NCBI GenBank assembly: GCA_046483495.1
Contig: JAWODC010000036.1
Span: 47,260-111,259 of the forward strand
Direction of reading: 5' to 3'
Source: Desulfobacterales bacterium
GTDB lineage: Bacteria; Desulfobacterota; Desulfobacteria; Desulfobacterales; UBA5616
Length of the DNA: 64,000 nucleotides
Position 1 is the first letter of the stretch, and every line of letters starts with the position of its first letter. Below the pieces are notes generated by a model, which was not told where the DNA came from, searched no databases, and saw only the letters and a list, made by a program, of their open reading frames with translations. Position numbers and translations under genes: made by a program. Positions 18,893 to 28,557 of the stretch are shown here, piece by piece.

Positions 18893-20590
18893 ATGCTGAG
18901 CATCCGAAAAATAGGCGTTCTGGGACGCACATATCGCCATCTGAACCGTTACCGTCAGATCCTGACGATTCTCTTTCGCTATGGTTTCGGCGATTTTATC
19001 GAAATGCTGAGAATCGATCAATACCTGGAGGTCGGTCTTCAGTTTATTTCGAAAAACCGAAAAGAACGGCTGGAAAAGCTCAGCCGGGCCGAAAAAATAA
19101 GAATGACGATCGAAGAACTGGGTCCCACATACATTAAACTGGGCCAAATATTGTCCGTTCGTCCGGATCTGATTCCACCGGACCTGGTGGAAGAGCTTTC
19201 AAAGCTGCAGGACGATGTGGCGGCTGTCCCGTTTGCCGATATTCGGCATGTGATTGAAAATGAATTGCGATGCCCGATCGAGGACGTATTCGCTTCTTTC
19301 GATGAGGTGCCGTTGGCATCCGCCTCGATCGGGCAGGTTTACAGGGCGGTTTTGAAAAACGGAGATGCCGCAGCCGTAAAGGTTCAGCGTCCCGGAATCC
19401 GCAATATCATTGAAGTCGACCTGGAAATAATGCTTCACCTGGCCACCCTGGCGGAAAAGAACATCGAAGAGATGGCCTTTTATCGGCCGGTCAAGATCGT
19501 CGAGGAATTTGCGGACACCCTGGAGCGGGAAATCGATTACACGATCGAAGCGTCAAATCTCGAACGCATTGCCGTAAACTTCATCAAAGACTCGACCGTT
19601 TACATTCCGAAAGTATACCGGGATGCCACCACATCCCGGGTTCTGACCATGGAATTTATCGACGGCATTAAAGTGTCTCAAATTTCATGTCTTGAAGAAT
19701 GCGGGCTGGACCCTAAGGAAATTACCAAACGAGGTGCGGAAATCTGCCTTAAGCAAATCTTCGAACACGGTTTTTTTCATGCCGACCCGCATCCCGGCAA
19801 TATATTCATTCTGCCGGACAATGTCATTTGCCTCCTGGATTTCGGCATGGTGGGCTTAGTGGATAGACAGACCCGTGAAAATTTCGTCGAACTTGTCGAT
19901 AGTGTGGTGCACCGTCACGAAGCAAGGGCAGCCCAGGTGCTGCTCAAGGTTACCGAATGGGACATCGAGCCGGACATGCGTGTGCTCGAGAGAGATATCG
20001 CCGATTTTATAGGAAGACACTTTTACAGGCCGCTCAAGAATATCAGAATAGGCCCTTTTCTGAAGAATCTCCTCGATTTAACCTCCCGCCATCAGCTGAG
20101 GATGACGCCTGATGTCTTTATGATGTTGAAATCGTTGGCGACCCTGGAAGGTGTGGCCGTCATGCTGGACCCGGACTTCGACATTATCGCGAGCGCCGAA
20201 CCGTTTATCCGGCGCATCAAAATGGCTCGATTCCATCCTCAGCGGATCACCGGTGATTTCCTTTATACGGCATCGGATTTTCTCGAAGTGGTGCAGCAGC
20301 TCCCCAAAGACCTGCGAGAGCTTTCCAAGTTTATCAAAAACCGCCGTATACCATTGGCGATCGAGCACCAGGGGTTGGAAAGCATGCTCCACACCCATGA
20401 CCAGATCAGCAACAGGATTTCCTTTTCCATCGTAATCGCCGCATTGATTATCGGATCGGCTCTTATCGTCATATCCGAGACGCCGCCGTATGTTTTCGGA
20501 ATTTCGCTGATCGGCATTATCGGATTCCTTGCGGCAGCCCTGATGGGAATCTGGCTTTTAGTCGCAATTTTAAAAAAGGGCAAGTTATAA
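18893..20590 (+). CDS. AarF/ABC1/UbiB family atypical kinase
   Basis: [41 protein letters not shown], two C-terminal TM helices. Confidence 0.93.
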   Translation: MLSIRKIGVLGRTYRHLNRYRQILTILFRYGFGDFIEMLRIDQYLEVGLQFISKNRKERLEKLSRAEKIRMTIEELGPTYIKLGQILSVRPDLIPPDLVEELSKLQDDVAAVPFADIRHVIENELRCPIEDVFASFDEVPLASASIGQVYRAVLKNGDAAAVKVQRPGIRNIIEVDLEIMLHLATLAEKNIEEMAFYRPVKIVEEFADTLEREIDYTIEASNLERIAVNFIKDSTVYIPKVYRDATTSRVLTMEFIDGIKVSQISCLEECGLDPKEITKRGAEICLKQIFEHGFFHADPHPGNIFILPDNVICLLDFGMVGLVDRQTRENFVELVDSVVHRHEARAAQVLLKVTEWDIEPDMRVLERDIADFIGRHFYRPLKNIRIGPFLKNLLDLTSRHQLRMTPDVFMMLKSLATLEGVAVMLDPDFDIIASAEPFIRRIKMARFHPQRITGDFLYTASDFLEVVQQLPKDLRELSKFIKNRRIPLAIEHQGLESMLHTHDQISNRISFSIVIAALIIGSALIVISETPPYVFGISLIGIIGFLAAALMGIWLLVAILKKGKL

Positions 20591-20612
20591 CCGTTGCACA
20601 TTCACTGATACT

Positions 20613-22136
20613 ATGAAACGAATCGAAGAAATATCATTACTGTACGAAATCAGCGAAGCCTTAAATGAGCATCTCGATCTCAAAAAGGCGCTGTACGGGG
20701 TCCTTGAAATCTTATCGAATTCCATGGAACTCGCCCGTGGAACGATAACCCTCGTCAATCCGTTAAGCAATGAGATCCACATCGAAGTGGCCCACGGCAT
20801 ATCTTCCTCCACCATGGAGAGTGTCACTTACAAGGTGGGTGAAGGCATAACCGGCCGGGTTATCGAATCGGGCAAACCCCTCGTTATTCCTAAAATCAGC
20901 GAAGAGCCCCTGTTCCTGAACCGAACGGCATCCCGCAGGAAAAAGAAGGACCGGGAGCTCTCATTCATCTGCAATCCCATTAAGAAGGGGAATCAGGTGA
21001 TCGGCGCCATCAGCGTCGACAAACCCCTGGATTCCGATTACTCGCTCGAAGTCGCCCAGCAACTCATGGCCGTCATTTCCACCATGATCGCCCGGCATGT
21101 CGGCAATCTTGAAACCATTCGGCTGGAAGAACTCCGCCTGCGTCGCGAAAATGAGCGGCTCCAAAACGAGCTGAAGAACAAATACAAGATCACCGATATC
21201 ATTGGAAACAGCAGCAGGATGAAAGAGGTTTTTCAAATGATATCCCAGGTTTCCAAAAGCAATGCCACCGTTTTAATCCGGGGGGAAAGCGGCACCGGGA
21301 AAGAGTTGGTGGCAAACTCGATCCATTACAACAGTCTTCGAGCGGCAAATCCATTCGTCAAGATCAATTGTGCGGCCATGCCGACAAACCTGATCGAGAG
21401 CGAGCTTTTCGGACACGAGAAAGGGGCCTTTACCGGCGCCATACGGCAGAAACGGGGCAAATTCGAACTGGCACATAAAGGGACCCTGTTCATGGACGAA
21501 ATCGGGTCCATCGATTTGGAAGTCCAGGTAAAACTTCTTCGTGTCCTCCAGGAGAAGGAATTCGAGCGGGTGGGGGGACAGAAAACGATCGCCGCCGATG
21601 TACGGATTGTCGCCGCCACCAACAAGAATCTCGAGCAGGCTGTCGAGGAAGAAACGTTCCGCAGTGATTTATATTACCGGTTGAATGTTTTCCCGATTTA
21701 TCTTCCTCCCCTCCGGGAGCGAAAAACGGATATTTTGCTTCTTGCCGATCATTTTCTGGAAAAGTACGCGGCGGAAAACAACAAGCCCATTAAACGATTT
21801 TCGACACCGGCCATTGACATGCTGATGCAATACCACTGGCCCGGCAATGTCCGAGAGCTGGAGAACTGCATTGAACGGGCCGTGCTGCTGTGCGAAGAGG
21901 GCGTTATTCACAGTTACCACCTGCCGCCGACACTGCAGACCGGTATGGAATCGAACACCGTGCCGTCGCTTTCCCTCGAGGATGCGGTCGCCCGCCTGGA
22001 GCGCGAGATGATCATCGATGCCCTCAAGAACACGCGCGGCAACACCACCAAGGCCGCACGCCTGCTGGACACCACCATCCGCAAGTTCAACTACAAAGCC
22101 AAACGGTACAATGTGGATTACAGGCTTTATCGGTAG
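20613..22136 (+). CDS. Sigma-54-dependent activator, GAF-AAA+-HTH (NifA-like)
   Basis: N-terminal GAF ([15 protein letters not shown]), [44 protein letters not shown]-terminal HTH. Confidence 0.92.
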   Translation: MKRIEEISLLYEISEALNEHLDLKKALYGVLEILSNSMELARGTITLVNPLSNEIHIEVAHGISSSTMESVTYKVGEGITGRVIESGKPLVIPKISEEPLFLNRTASRRKKKDRELSFICNPIKKGNQVIGAISVDKPLDSDYSLEVAQQLMAVISTMIARHVGNLETIRLEELRLRRENERLQNELKNKYKITDIIGNSSRMKEVFQMISQVSKSNATVLIRGESGTGKELVANSIHYNSLRAANPFVKINCAAMPTNLIESELFGHEKGAFTGAIRQKRGKFELAHKGTLFMDEIGSIDLEVQVKLLRVLQEKEFERVGGQKTIAADVRIVAATNKNLEQAVEEETFRSDLYYRLNVFPIYLPPLRERKTDILLLADHFLEKYAAENNKPIKRFSTPAIDMLMQYHWPGNVRELENCIERAVLLCEEGVIHSYHLPPTLQTGMESNTVPSLSLEDAVARLEREMIIDALKNTRGNTTKAARLLDTTIRKFNYKAKRYNVDYRLYR

Positions 22137-22243
22137 GATTCAAGATTTGGATCATCACATTTAATCGGCATTGACCGGAAATTAGCTTGATCCGACCAGG
22201 GGATCGGTCGAGCGGCAAACCGATCCCCCGGGCGAAAAGAGGG

Positions 22244-23656
22244 TTATATGTCATAGTACAGGAAGAATTCATGGGGATGAGGACGGAGCCTTACCGGGTT
22301 GATTTCATTCTCCTGTTTGTAATCGATCCACTTTTCGATTACGTCTTCCGTAAACACATCGCCCTTTAGTAAAAACCCGCGATCATCGGAGAGGGCGGCT
22401 AATGCCTCATCCAGCGATCCGGGGGCGGATTCGATGTCGGCCAACTCCTCGGGCGGCAGATCATAAATATTCTTGTCCATCGGATCGCCCGGGTCGATCT
22501 TGTTTTCGATGCCGTCGAGCACCGCCATCAGCATGGCCGAAAAAGCGATATACCCATTGCATGACGGGTCCGGTGTTCTAAACTCGATGCGCTTGGCCTT
22601 AGGCGATTCCGAATACATGGGAATGCGGATTGCGGCACTCCTGTTTCGACTGGAGTAAGCCAGGTTTACGGGTGCTTCGAATCCCGGGACCAGCCGTTTG
22701 TACGAATTCGTCGTCGGGTTTGTAAATGCGCACAGGGCCTTGCAGTGCTTCAAGATGCCGCCGATCGCGTAAAGCGCCTCCTGCGATACACCCGCGTATT
22801 TATCCCCGGCAAACAGGGGGGAATTGTTCTTCCAGATGCTGATATGGGTGTGCATGCCCGAACCGTTATCTTCGAACATGGGTTTGGGCATAAACGTCAC
22901 CGTGTGCCCATGACGGTAAGCGACATTCTTCAAAATATATTTAAACCATACCAGTTGGTCTCCCATTTGCACCAGCGGTTTGAACCGCATATCGATTTCG
23001 GCCTGTCCGGCAGTGGCCACTTCATGGTGCTGGCATTCCACCTCGATGTCGAGATCCTCCAGTGTCAGCATCATCTCCGACCGAATATCCTGGAATTTAT
23101 CCGTTGGCGGAACCGGAAAATAGCCCTCCTTGTGCCTGGGTTTATATCCCAGACTCGGATTTTCCTCCCTGCCGGAATTCCAGATGCCTTCAATGGAATC
23201 GATCTCATAAAACGCCATATTTCGGGTCGATTCAAAACGGATGCCGTCGAAAATAAAAAACTCGGCTTCAGGCCCAAAATAGGCGGTATCCCCTATCCCG
23301 GTTCGATTCAAGTAGTTTTCCGCCTTTTGGGCAATGTGCCGGGGATCCCGCGTATACGGTTCACGCGTTACCGGGTCGACGATATTCCCGATGAGCACCA
23401 ATGTTGGAACCTTGTAAAATGGATCCATTTTTGCCGTTGACGCATCCGGAACGACGAGCATATCGCTGGCATTGATCGGCTGCCAGCCGCGAATGCTCGA
23501 TCCGTCAAATCCATATCCGTCTTCGAAGCTCGACGCTTCCAGTTCACCTATCGGCAGTGAAAAATGCTGCCATATGCCGGGAAAATCCATAAACCGCACG
23601 TCAACTACCCTGGCCCCCTTTTCTTTTGCCATTTCAATCACGTCTTTTGGTCGCAT
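22244..23656 (-). CDS. glnA: Glutamine synthetase type I
   Basis: [65 protein letters not shown] adenylylation site; AGGAG RBS before ATG 23656. Confidence 0.98.
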   Translation of the reverse strand: MRPKDVIEMAKEKGARVVDVRFMDFPGIWQHFSLPIGELEASSFEDGYGFDGSSIRGWQPINASDMLVVPDASTAKMDPFYKVPTLVLIGNIVDPVTREPYTRDPRHIAQKAENYLNRTGIGDTAYFGPEAEFFIFDGIRFESTRNMAFYEIDSIEGIWNSGREENPSLGYKPRHKEGYFPVPPTDKFQDIRSEMMLTLEDLDIEVECQHHEVATAGQAEIDMRFKPLVQMGDQLVWFKYILKNVAYRHGHTVTFMPKPMFEDNGSGMHTHISIWKNNSPLFAGDKYAGVSQEALYAIGGILKHCKALCAFTNPTTNSYKRLVPGFEAPVNLAYSSRNRSAAIRIPMYSESPKAKRIEFRTPDPSCNGYIAFSAMLMAVLDGIENKIDPGDPMDKNIYDLPPEELADIESAPGSLDEALAALSDDRGFLLKGDVFTEDVIEKWIDYKQENEINPVRLRPHPHEFFLYYDI

Positions 23657-23774
23657 AACCTTTCTCCTTTTTGTTGACTTTAAGCATGTCGCCGCCGCTG
23701 GTAACCCATCGGAAGTGCCCTGACATCGCTTCTGCCGGAAGAGGCTCGGCCACGGCGGCTCCGGTTTCAATCCA

Positions 23775-24128
<354 letters not shown>

Positions 24129-24152
24129 TTAGATGGTCATCGAACCCGTAAA

Positions 24153-25457
24153 TTACACGATTTCAAATGCCCTTTCCCCATGCAGGGAACTGTCCAGACC
24201 TTTGATCTCCACGTCTTCTTCCACACGTATCCCACCGGTGACAAGCTTGGTTGCGAGCACCACTACGACGGTGCCAAGGCCCGTGTAAGCAGCGGTCCCG
24301 ACGATGGAAACAGCTTGAATCAAAAGCTGCTCGGGATTTCCATAAAGGAGTCCGGTACCAGCGGAATTGATCGTTGGATCAGCAAAAATGCCTGTCGCCA
24401 GTGCTCCCCACAAACCGCACATTCCGTGAACACCGAAAGCATCCAGAGAGTCGTCATAGCCCATTTTATGCTTGAGTACGCCGACACTGTAAAATCCGAG
24501 CAGGCCGGCGACCAGTCCGATCGCCAGGGCTCCTGACAGGTTCACAAATCCGGCGGCCGGCGTTATGCCTACCAAGCCGGCGATAATTCCGGAGGCAAGC
24601 CCCAGAACGGTTGGTTTTTTATTGAAAATCCATTCAGCGAACATCCACGACAGGCCGCCTATAGCTGCGGAAGTATTCGTGACCAGAAAAGCCGAACCGG
24701 CAAGCCCATCCGATGCGAGTTGGCTGCCCGCATTGAAGCCGAACCAGCCGAACCAGAGAAGCGCGGCACCCAAAGCGGTTAAAGTGACACCCGACGGGAA
24801 CATGGCCTCCTTGCCGTACCCCCTTCGTTTTCCCAGCATCAGGGCCAACACGAGGCCGGCTACACCGGCATTGATATGCACCACATTGCCGCCCGCGAAA
24901 TCGAGCGCTCCCATTCGGCCCATCCATCCGCCCCCCCAGGCCCAATGAGCGATGGGAGCGTAAATGCATGTTATCCACAACAGTGCGAAGACGATCCATG
25001 AAGAAAACTTCATGCGGTCGACGACAGCACCCGACACCAATGCAACCGTGATGCCGGCAAATGTCATCTGGAACAGAACGAACACAAATGTGGGGATGGT
25101 TCCCGAAAGGCTTTCAACAGTGATTCCACGCAAAAACACGTGCTCCAAACCGCCGATCATCCCTCCCAAATCGGTTCCGAACGCCAGTGTATATCCCCAC
25201 ATCACCCAAACGACACCGGCGATGCAGTAGGAAACCAGGGACATGGCCAACGTATTGAGCTGGTTTTTGTACCGGGACATGCCCCCATAGAAAAGGGCGA
25301 GACCGGCGGGCGTCATCATCATGACGAGGGCTGTGGAAATCATCATCCATGCCGTGTCTCCCGCATTGAGCGCATCTTCAGCGCCGAGTGCCGATGATGC
25401 CGGAAAAAGCACCGACACGCAGACTGCAGCCATCCATGTTTTCATCGTCATTTTCAT
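24153..25457 (-). CDS. amtB: Ammonium transporter
   Basis: GDTAW, FQMTFA, DFAGGNVVH, WFGWFGFNAGS, DDSLDAFGVHG; start taken 7 nt after AAGGAG. Confidence 0.96.
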   Translation of the reverse strand: MKMTMKTWMAAVCVSVLFPASSALGAEDALNAGDTAWMMISTALVMMMTPAGLALFYGGMSRYKNQLNTLAMSLVSYCIAGVVWVMWGYTLAFGTDLGGMIGGLEHVFLRGITVESLSGTIPTFVFVLFQMTFAGITVALVSGAVVDRMKFSSWIVFALLWITCIYAPIAHWAWGGGWMGRMGALDFAGGNVVHINAGVAGLVLALMLGKRRGYGKEAMFPSGVTLTALGAALLWFGWFGFNAGSQLASDGLAGSAFLVTNTSAAIGGLSWMFAEWIFNKKPTVLGLASGIIAGLVGITPAAGFVNLSGALAIGLVAGLLGFYSVGVLKHKMGYDDSLDAFGVHGMCGLWGALATGIFADPTINSAGTGLLYGNPEQLLIQAVSIVGTAAYTGLGTVVVVLATKLVTGGIRVEEDVEIKGLDSSLHGERAFEIV

Positions 25458-25579
25458 TTCCATTCTCCTTTGTTTGGCATCTTTCGGCCCAAAGCCGGTT
25501 TTGGCATTTCCGATCAATTCGGGTTTTCAATACGCGTAATAACCTGCTCTGAACCCACTTCAACGGTATCCAACAGGCG

Positions 25580-28207
25580 CTAAAATGTCCGGATCACCTT
25601 CGACAAAGCCGTCTTGATCCGATCTTCCTGATCCTTTGAATCAACTTTTTGCCCATCAAAATCCCTTACATAGAAAACGTCTACAACCTGGTCCGCTTTG
25701 GTGGCGATTTTCGAAATCCATACGTCAAGCCCCATGTGGAAAAGGGTGTCGGTGATGTCGTAGAGAAGTCCGAGGTAGTCATATGCAAACACTTCAATGA
25801 TGGTAAAAAAACTGGAGCTCGCGTTATCCACCTCGATGCGAACGGGTTTTACCGCTATTTTGGGTCCGCCGCAGCCGTAAGCCGCCGTTTTTTCCTGTAT
25901 GGCGGGGGCCAAATCCATACGCCCGTCCAGCACGGATATCAGGTGATTTTCGGCACGATGCCATTTTTCACTTTCAAATATCGGATCCGGAGGCGGTTTG
26001 ACTTCAAAGATATCCAGCGCCGTATTATCCCGCCACGTAAAGGCCTGTGCGTTTAAAATATCGATGCCGTTTATCGTGAATGTCCCGGCAATTTTGGAAA
26101 AAAGGCCGGGTTCATCAACAGCGCAGATGGTCACCGTTCGTGTGTCCGAACTGTGATTCGTTTTGATGTTCCATACCGGCTTATTCGCTTTCAACGCGCT
26201 ACGGAGTTTCAGGTGAAGCATAATATCCTCGATCGGCGTATACAGGAGATATCGGGGGGACATGATGCGTATCACCGCCTCGGGATCACCGGGGTATCCC
26301 AGGATCAGCAGCGCCTCTCGAATTCGATTCTTCTTCTCATTCCGAACGTGAACGGCCTCCTCGGAAGCCAGTTCGCCGGTTTCCAAAATCTTTGCTACTC
26401 TCAAGAACAGGTCTCTCAGCAATGTCGCCGTCCAGTCATTCCAAGCGTTGGGCCCGGTACTGACGGAATCAGCCACCGTCAGCAGATAAAGCATTTTTAA
26501 TTTTTCAATATCTTTAACCTTGCCGGCGCACGTGATGCAGGTCTCCTCGTCACCGATGTCTCTACGGGTGGCGATCTTAATCAAGAAGAGATGATCGTTA
26601 ATCAGGCTCGCCACGATTTCGGCATCATCATGCGAAAACCCCAGGCGGTCCAATATTCGCAGCGCCAGCATTCGCCCTGACTCGGAATGGTCGTCCACCG
26701 TGCTCCCTTTTCCGATGTCATGCAGCAGGGCGGCCCAATGAAGCAGGTCCGGACGGCTGATTTCATGATACAATTTATCGCACAGCGGTTCATTCACCCG
26801 CCCTTTTCTTCTCCGCCATCGCTGCAGCACTTTCACGGTATGCAGGGAATGCTTGTCAACCGGAAAAAGGTGGTAGGCATCGAATTGGATTCGGTTTGTA
26901 ATCTCCCTGAATTCCGGAATAAAGCGATTCATCATATCGGCATGACACAATTGATCCAATGCAGGGTGGTCCGGGTCGCCGGAAACGAGCAGTTTCTCGA
27001 GGAGCCGGATCGGGCGGGAAGATCTGAAAAACGATTCATCCAGCAACGGCGCAAAATCTTTAATCAAACGAATTGCCTCGGCACTGAGCGGCGTGCCGTA
27101 TCGGTCGCTTTCCCTGAATATTTCCATCATGGTGATCGGATTGGATAAAACGGTCTCCGGGTAAACAAAAGTGATCATGCCCCGATGAATCACCACATCC
27201 GCCGCTTTTGTCGCTTTTGTTTTCTTTTTCTTTCGGCTGTTTGCCTGTTGATATCCCAGCTCGCTGAGGACGATATGGTAAAGCTCTTTTATAAATTCCA
27301 TGTCCTTATGAAGTCTGCCCAGGAAGCGCTCAACCGGCTTTTGATGATCGGTTGCACAAAATGCCAATGATTCAGCCATTTGGATCTGATAATCGAAATA
27401 CAGCCGGTCGTTCTTGCGGCCTGCGAGATGGTGCAGTCGACTCCTCACTTCCAGCAGGAACGAGAGCGCCCGATCCAGCTGCCGGAATTCATCATGAGAC
27501 AAAAACCCTTCATACTCCAAATCTCTGGGCGTTTTCACATTCGCCCGAATTCGGCCGATCCACAATAGGGTATGGTAGTCTCTCAGTCCGCCCTGCCCCT
27601 CCTTGAGGTTCGGCTCCAGCCGGTAAGTGGAATCTCCGAATACTTCATGACGTTTTCTGTCGGACGCCACCAGACCGCGAATGATTCGGCTCGATTTTTC
27701 ATTCCGTACTTTTTTGTGAAGCCCGTCCATAAGATCTAAATACAAGTTAGACCTTCCACAAATGAACCGGGAGTCCAGCAATGCGGTCAATACGGTGATG
27801 TCCCTGCCGGCAAGCTTGATGGATTCCTGTACCGAACGCGTGGCATGGCCGACATCCAGCCCCATATCCCAAAGCGGGAAAACCATCTCCTCGATAAGAT
27901 TTTCCACGCCTTTAATGGTGTTTTCGAACAAAATTAAAACATCCACATCGGAAAAAAGGCACTGTTCTCTTCTGCCGTATCCACCCTGTGCCAGAATGGC
28001 GTAAGGGTACTTGGTGATGTTCAATCCCGGCCCGATGGTGCTCGTTTCAAACCGCATGCGAAAATAATCATCCAGCAGCTCTGCATGCCGTTGAGGAAAA
28101 TTCGGCTCATTTCCGGCAATGAATGCGGAAATCAGCCGTCTTCGGCTGTTCATCAGCAGCGCTGCAGCACTGTTTTCGTTAGTTTGTCTCATCTCGGCGG
28201 AACCCAT
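25580..28207 (-). CDS. glnD: [Protein-PII] uridylyltransferase / uridylyl-removing enzyme
   Basis: GGYGR..SDVD, EPNLKEGQGGLRD, LLHDIGK (HD domain), two C-terminal ACT domains; start placed downstream of the sigma-54 promoter. Confidence 0.95.
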   Translation of the reverse strand: MGSAEMRQTNENSAAALLMNSRRRLISAFIAGNEPNFPQRHAELLDDYFRMRFETSTIGPGLNITKYPYAILAQGGYGRREQCLFSDVDVLILFENTIKGVENLIEEMVFPLWDMGLDVGHATRSVQESIKLAGRDITVLTALLDSRFICGRSNLYLDLMDGLHKKVRNEKSSRIIRGLVASDRKRHEVFGDSTYRLEPNLKEGQGGLRDYHTLLWIGRIRANVKTPRDLEYEGFLSHDEFRQLDRALSFLLEVRSRLHHLAGRKNDRLYFDYQIQMAESLAFCATDHQKPVERFLGRLHKDMEFIKELYHIVLSELGYQQANSRKKKKTKATKAADVVIHRGMITFVYPETVLSNPITMMEIFRESDRYGTPLSAEAIRLIKDFAPLLDESFFRSSRPIRLLEKLLVSGDPDHPALDQLCHADMMNRFIPEFREITNRIQFDAYHLFPVDKHSLHTVKVLQRWRRRKGRVNEPLCDKLYHEISRPDLLHWAALLHDIGKGSTVDDHSESGRMLALRILDRLGFSHDDAEIVASLINDHLFLIKIATRRDIGDEETCITCAGKVKDIEKLKMLYLLTVADSVSTGPNAWNDWTATLLRDLFLRVAKILETGELASEEAVHVRNEKKNRIREALLILGYPGDPEAVIRIMSPRYLLYTPIEDIMLHLKLRSALKANKPVWNIKTNHSSDTRTVTICAVDEPGLFSKIAGTFTINGIDILNAQAFTWRDNTALDIFEVKPPPDPIFESEKWHRAENHLISVLDGRMDLAPAIQEKTAAYGCGGPKIAVKPVRIEVDNASSSFFTIIEVFAYDYLGLLYDITDTLFHMGLDVWISKIATKADQVVDVFYVRDFDGQKVDSKDQEDRIKTALSKVIRTF

Positions 28208-28274
28208 ATTCGACCTTCTTTTTTTTGGCTGCGAACCTATGAAAAGCTTTATACTTACGGTTTCCGTATTTAAG

Positions 28275-28291
28275 AGCAAGGCCTGTGCCAA
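28275..28291 (-). promoter_or_regulatory. Sigma-54 (-24/-12) promoter for glnD-amtB-glnB-glnA
   Basis: Minus strand reads TTGGCACAGGCCTTGCT, matching TGGCAC-N5-TTGC, about 70 nt upstream of glnD. Confidence 0.85.
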
Positions 28292-28367
28292 AAGACTGGA
28301 CAAAAATTATTCGTAATGTTTTAAATGATTTATATTAAGGCGGGCATACTGAAATGCTGAATAAAGG

Positions 28368-28412
28368 TTACATTTCCGTATAAATTAAGACCGGTGATTT
28401 ACAAAATTGTAA
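28368..28412. promoter_or_regulatory. Candidate enhancer-binding-protein sites
   Basis: Dyad TTACA-AAAT-TGTAA (28399-28412) and related TTACATTTCCGTAT (28368-28381), starts 31 bp apart, 80-120 bp upstream of the sigma-54 promoter. Confidence 0.5.
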
Positions 28413-28557
28413 TTTTGCAAGCTGAACCGAAAACCATCCGGATTAAATTTGGAAATGGTGGGGATTTGGTCTCGAGCAAGGGGTTGTTGAAGGCACAAGC
28501 AGCTGTTGTTGTGCCGACAGTGGAAGTAAGGCGCGCCCCTTGCAGCCGAAATGGCTT

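Noticed and set aside
28208..28303. N-terminal extension of glnD in the ORF track
   Set aside because: It would span the sigma-54 promoter; ATG 28207 has an RBS-like AGAAGG.
28455..28530. TGGTGGGGA looks like the reverse complement of a tRNA CCA end
   Set aside because: There is no T-loop (GTTCGA) at the right spacing and no cloverleaf.
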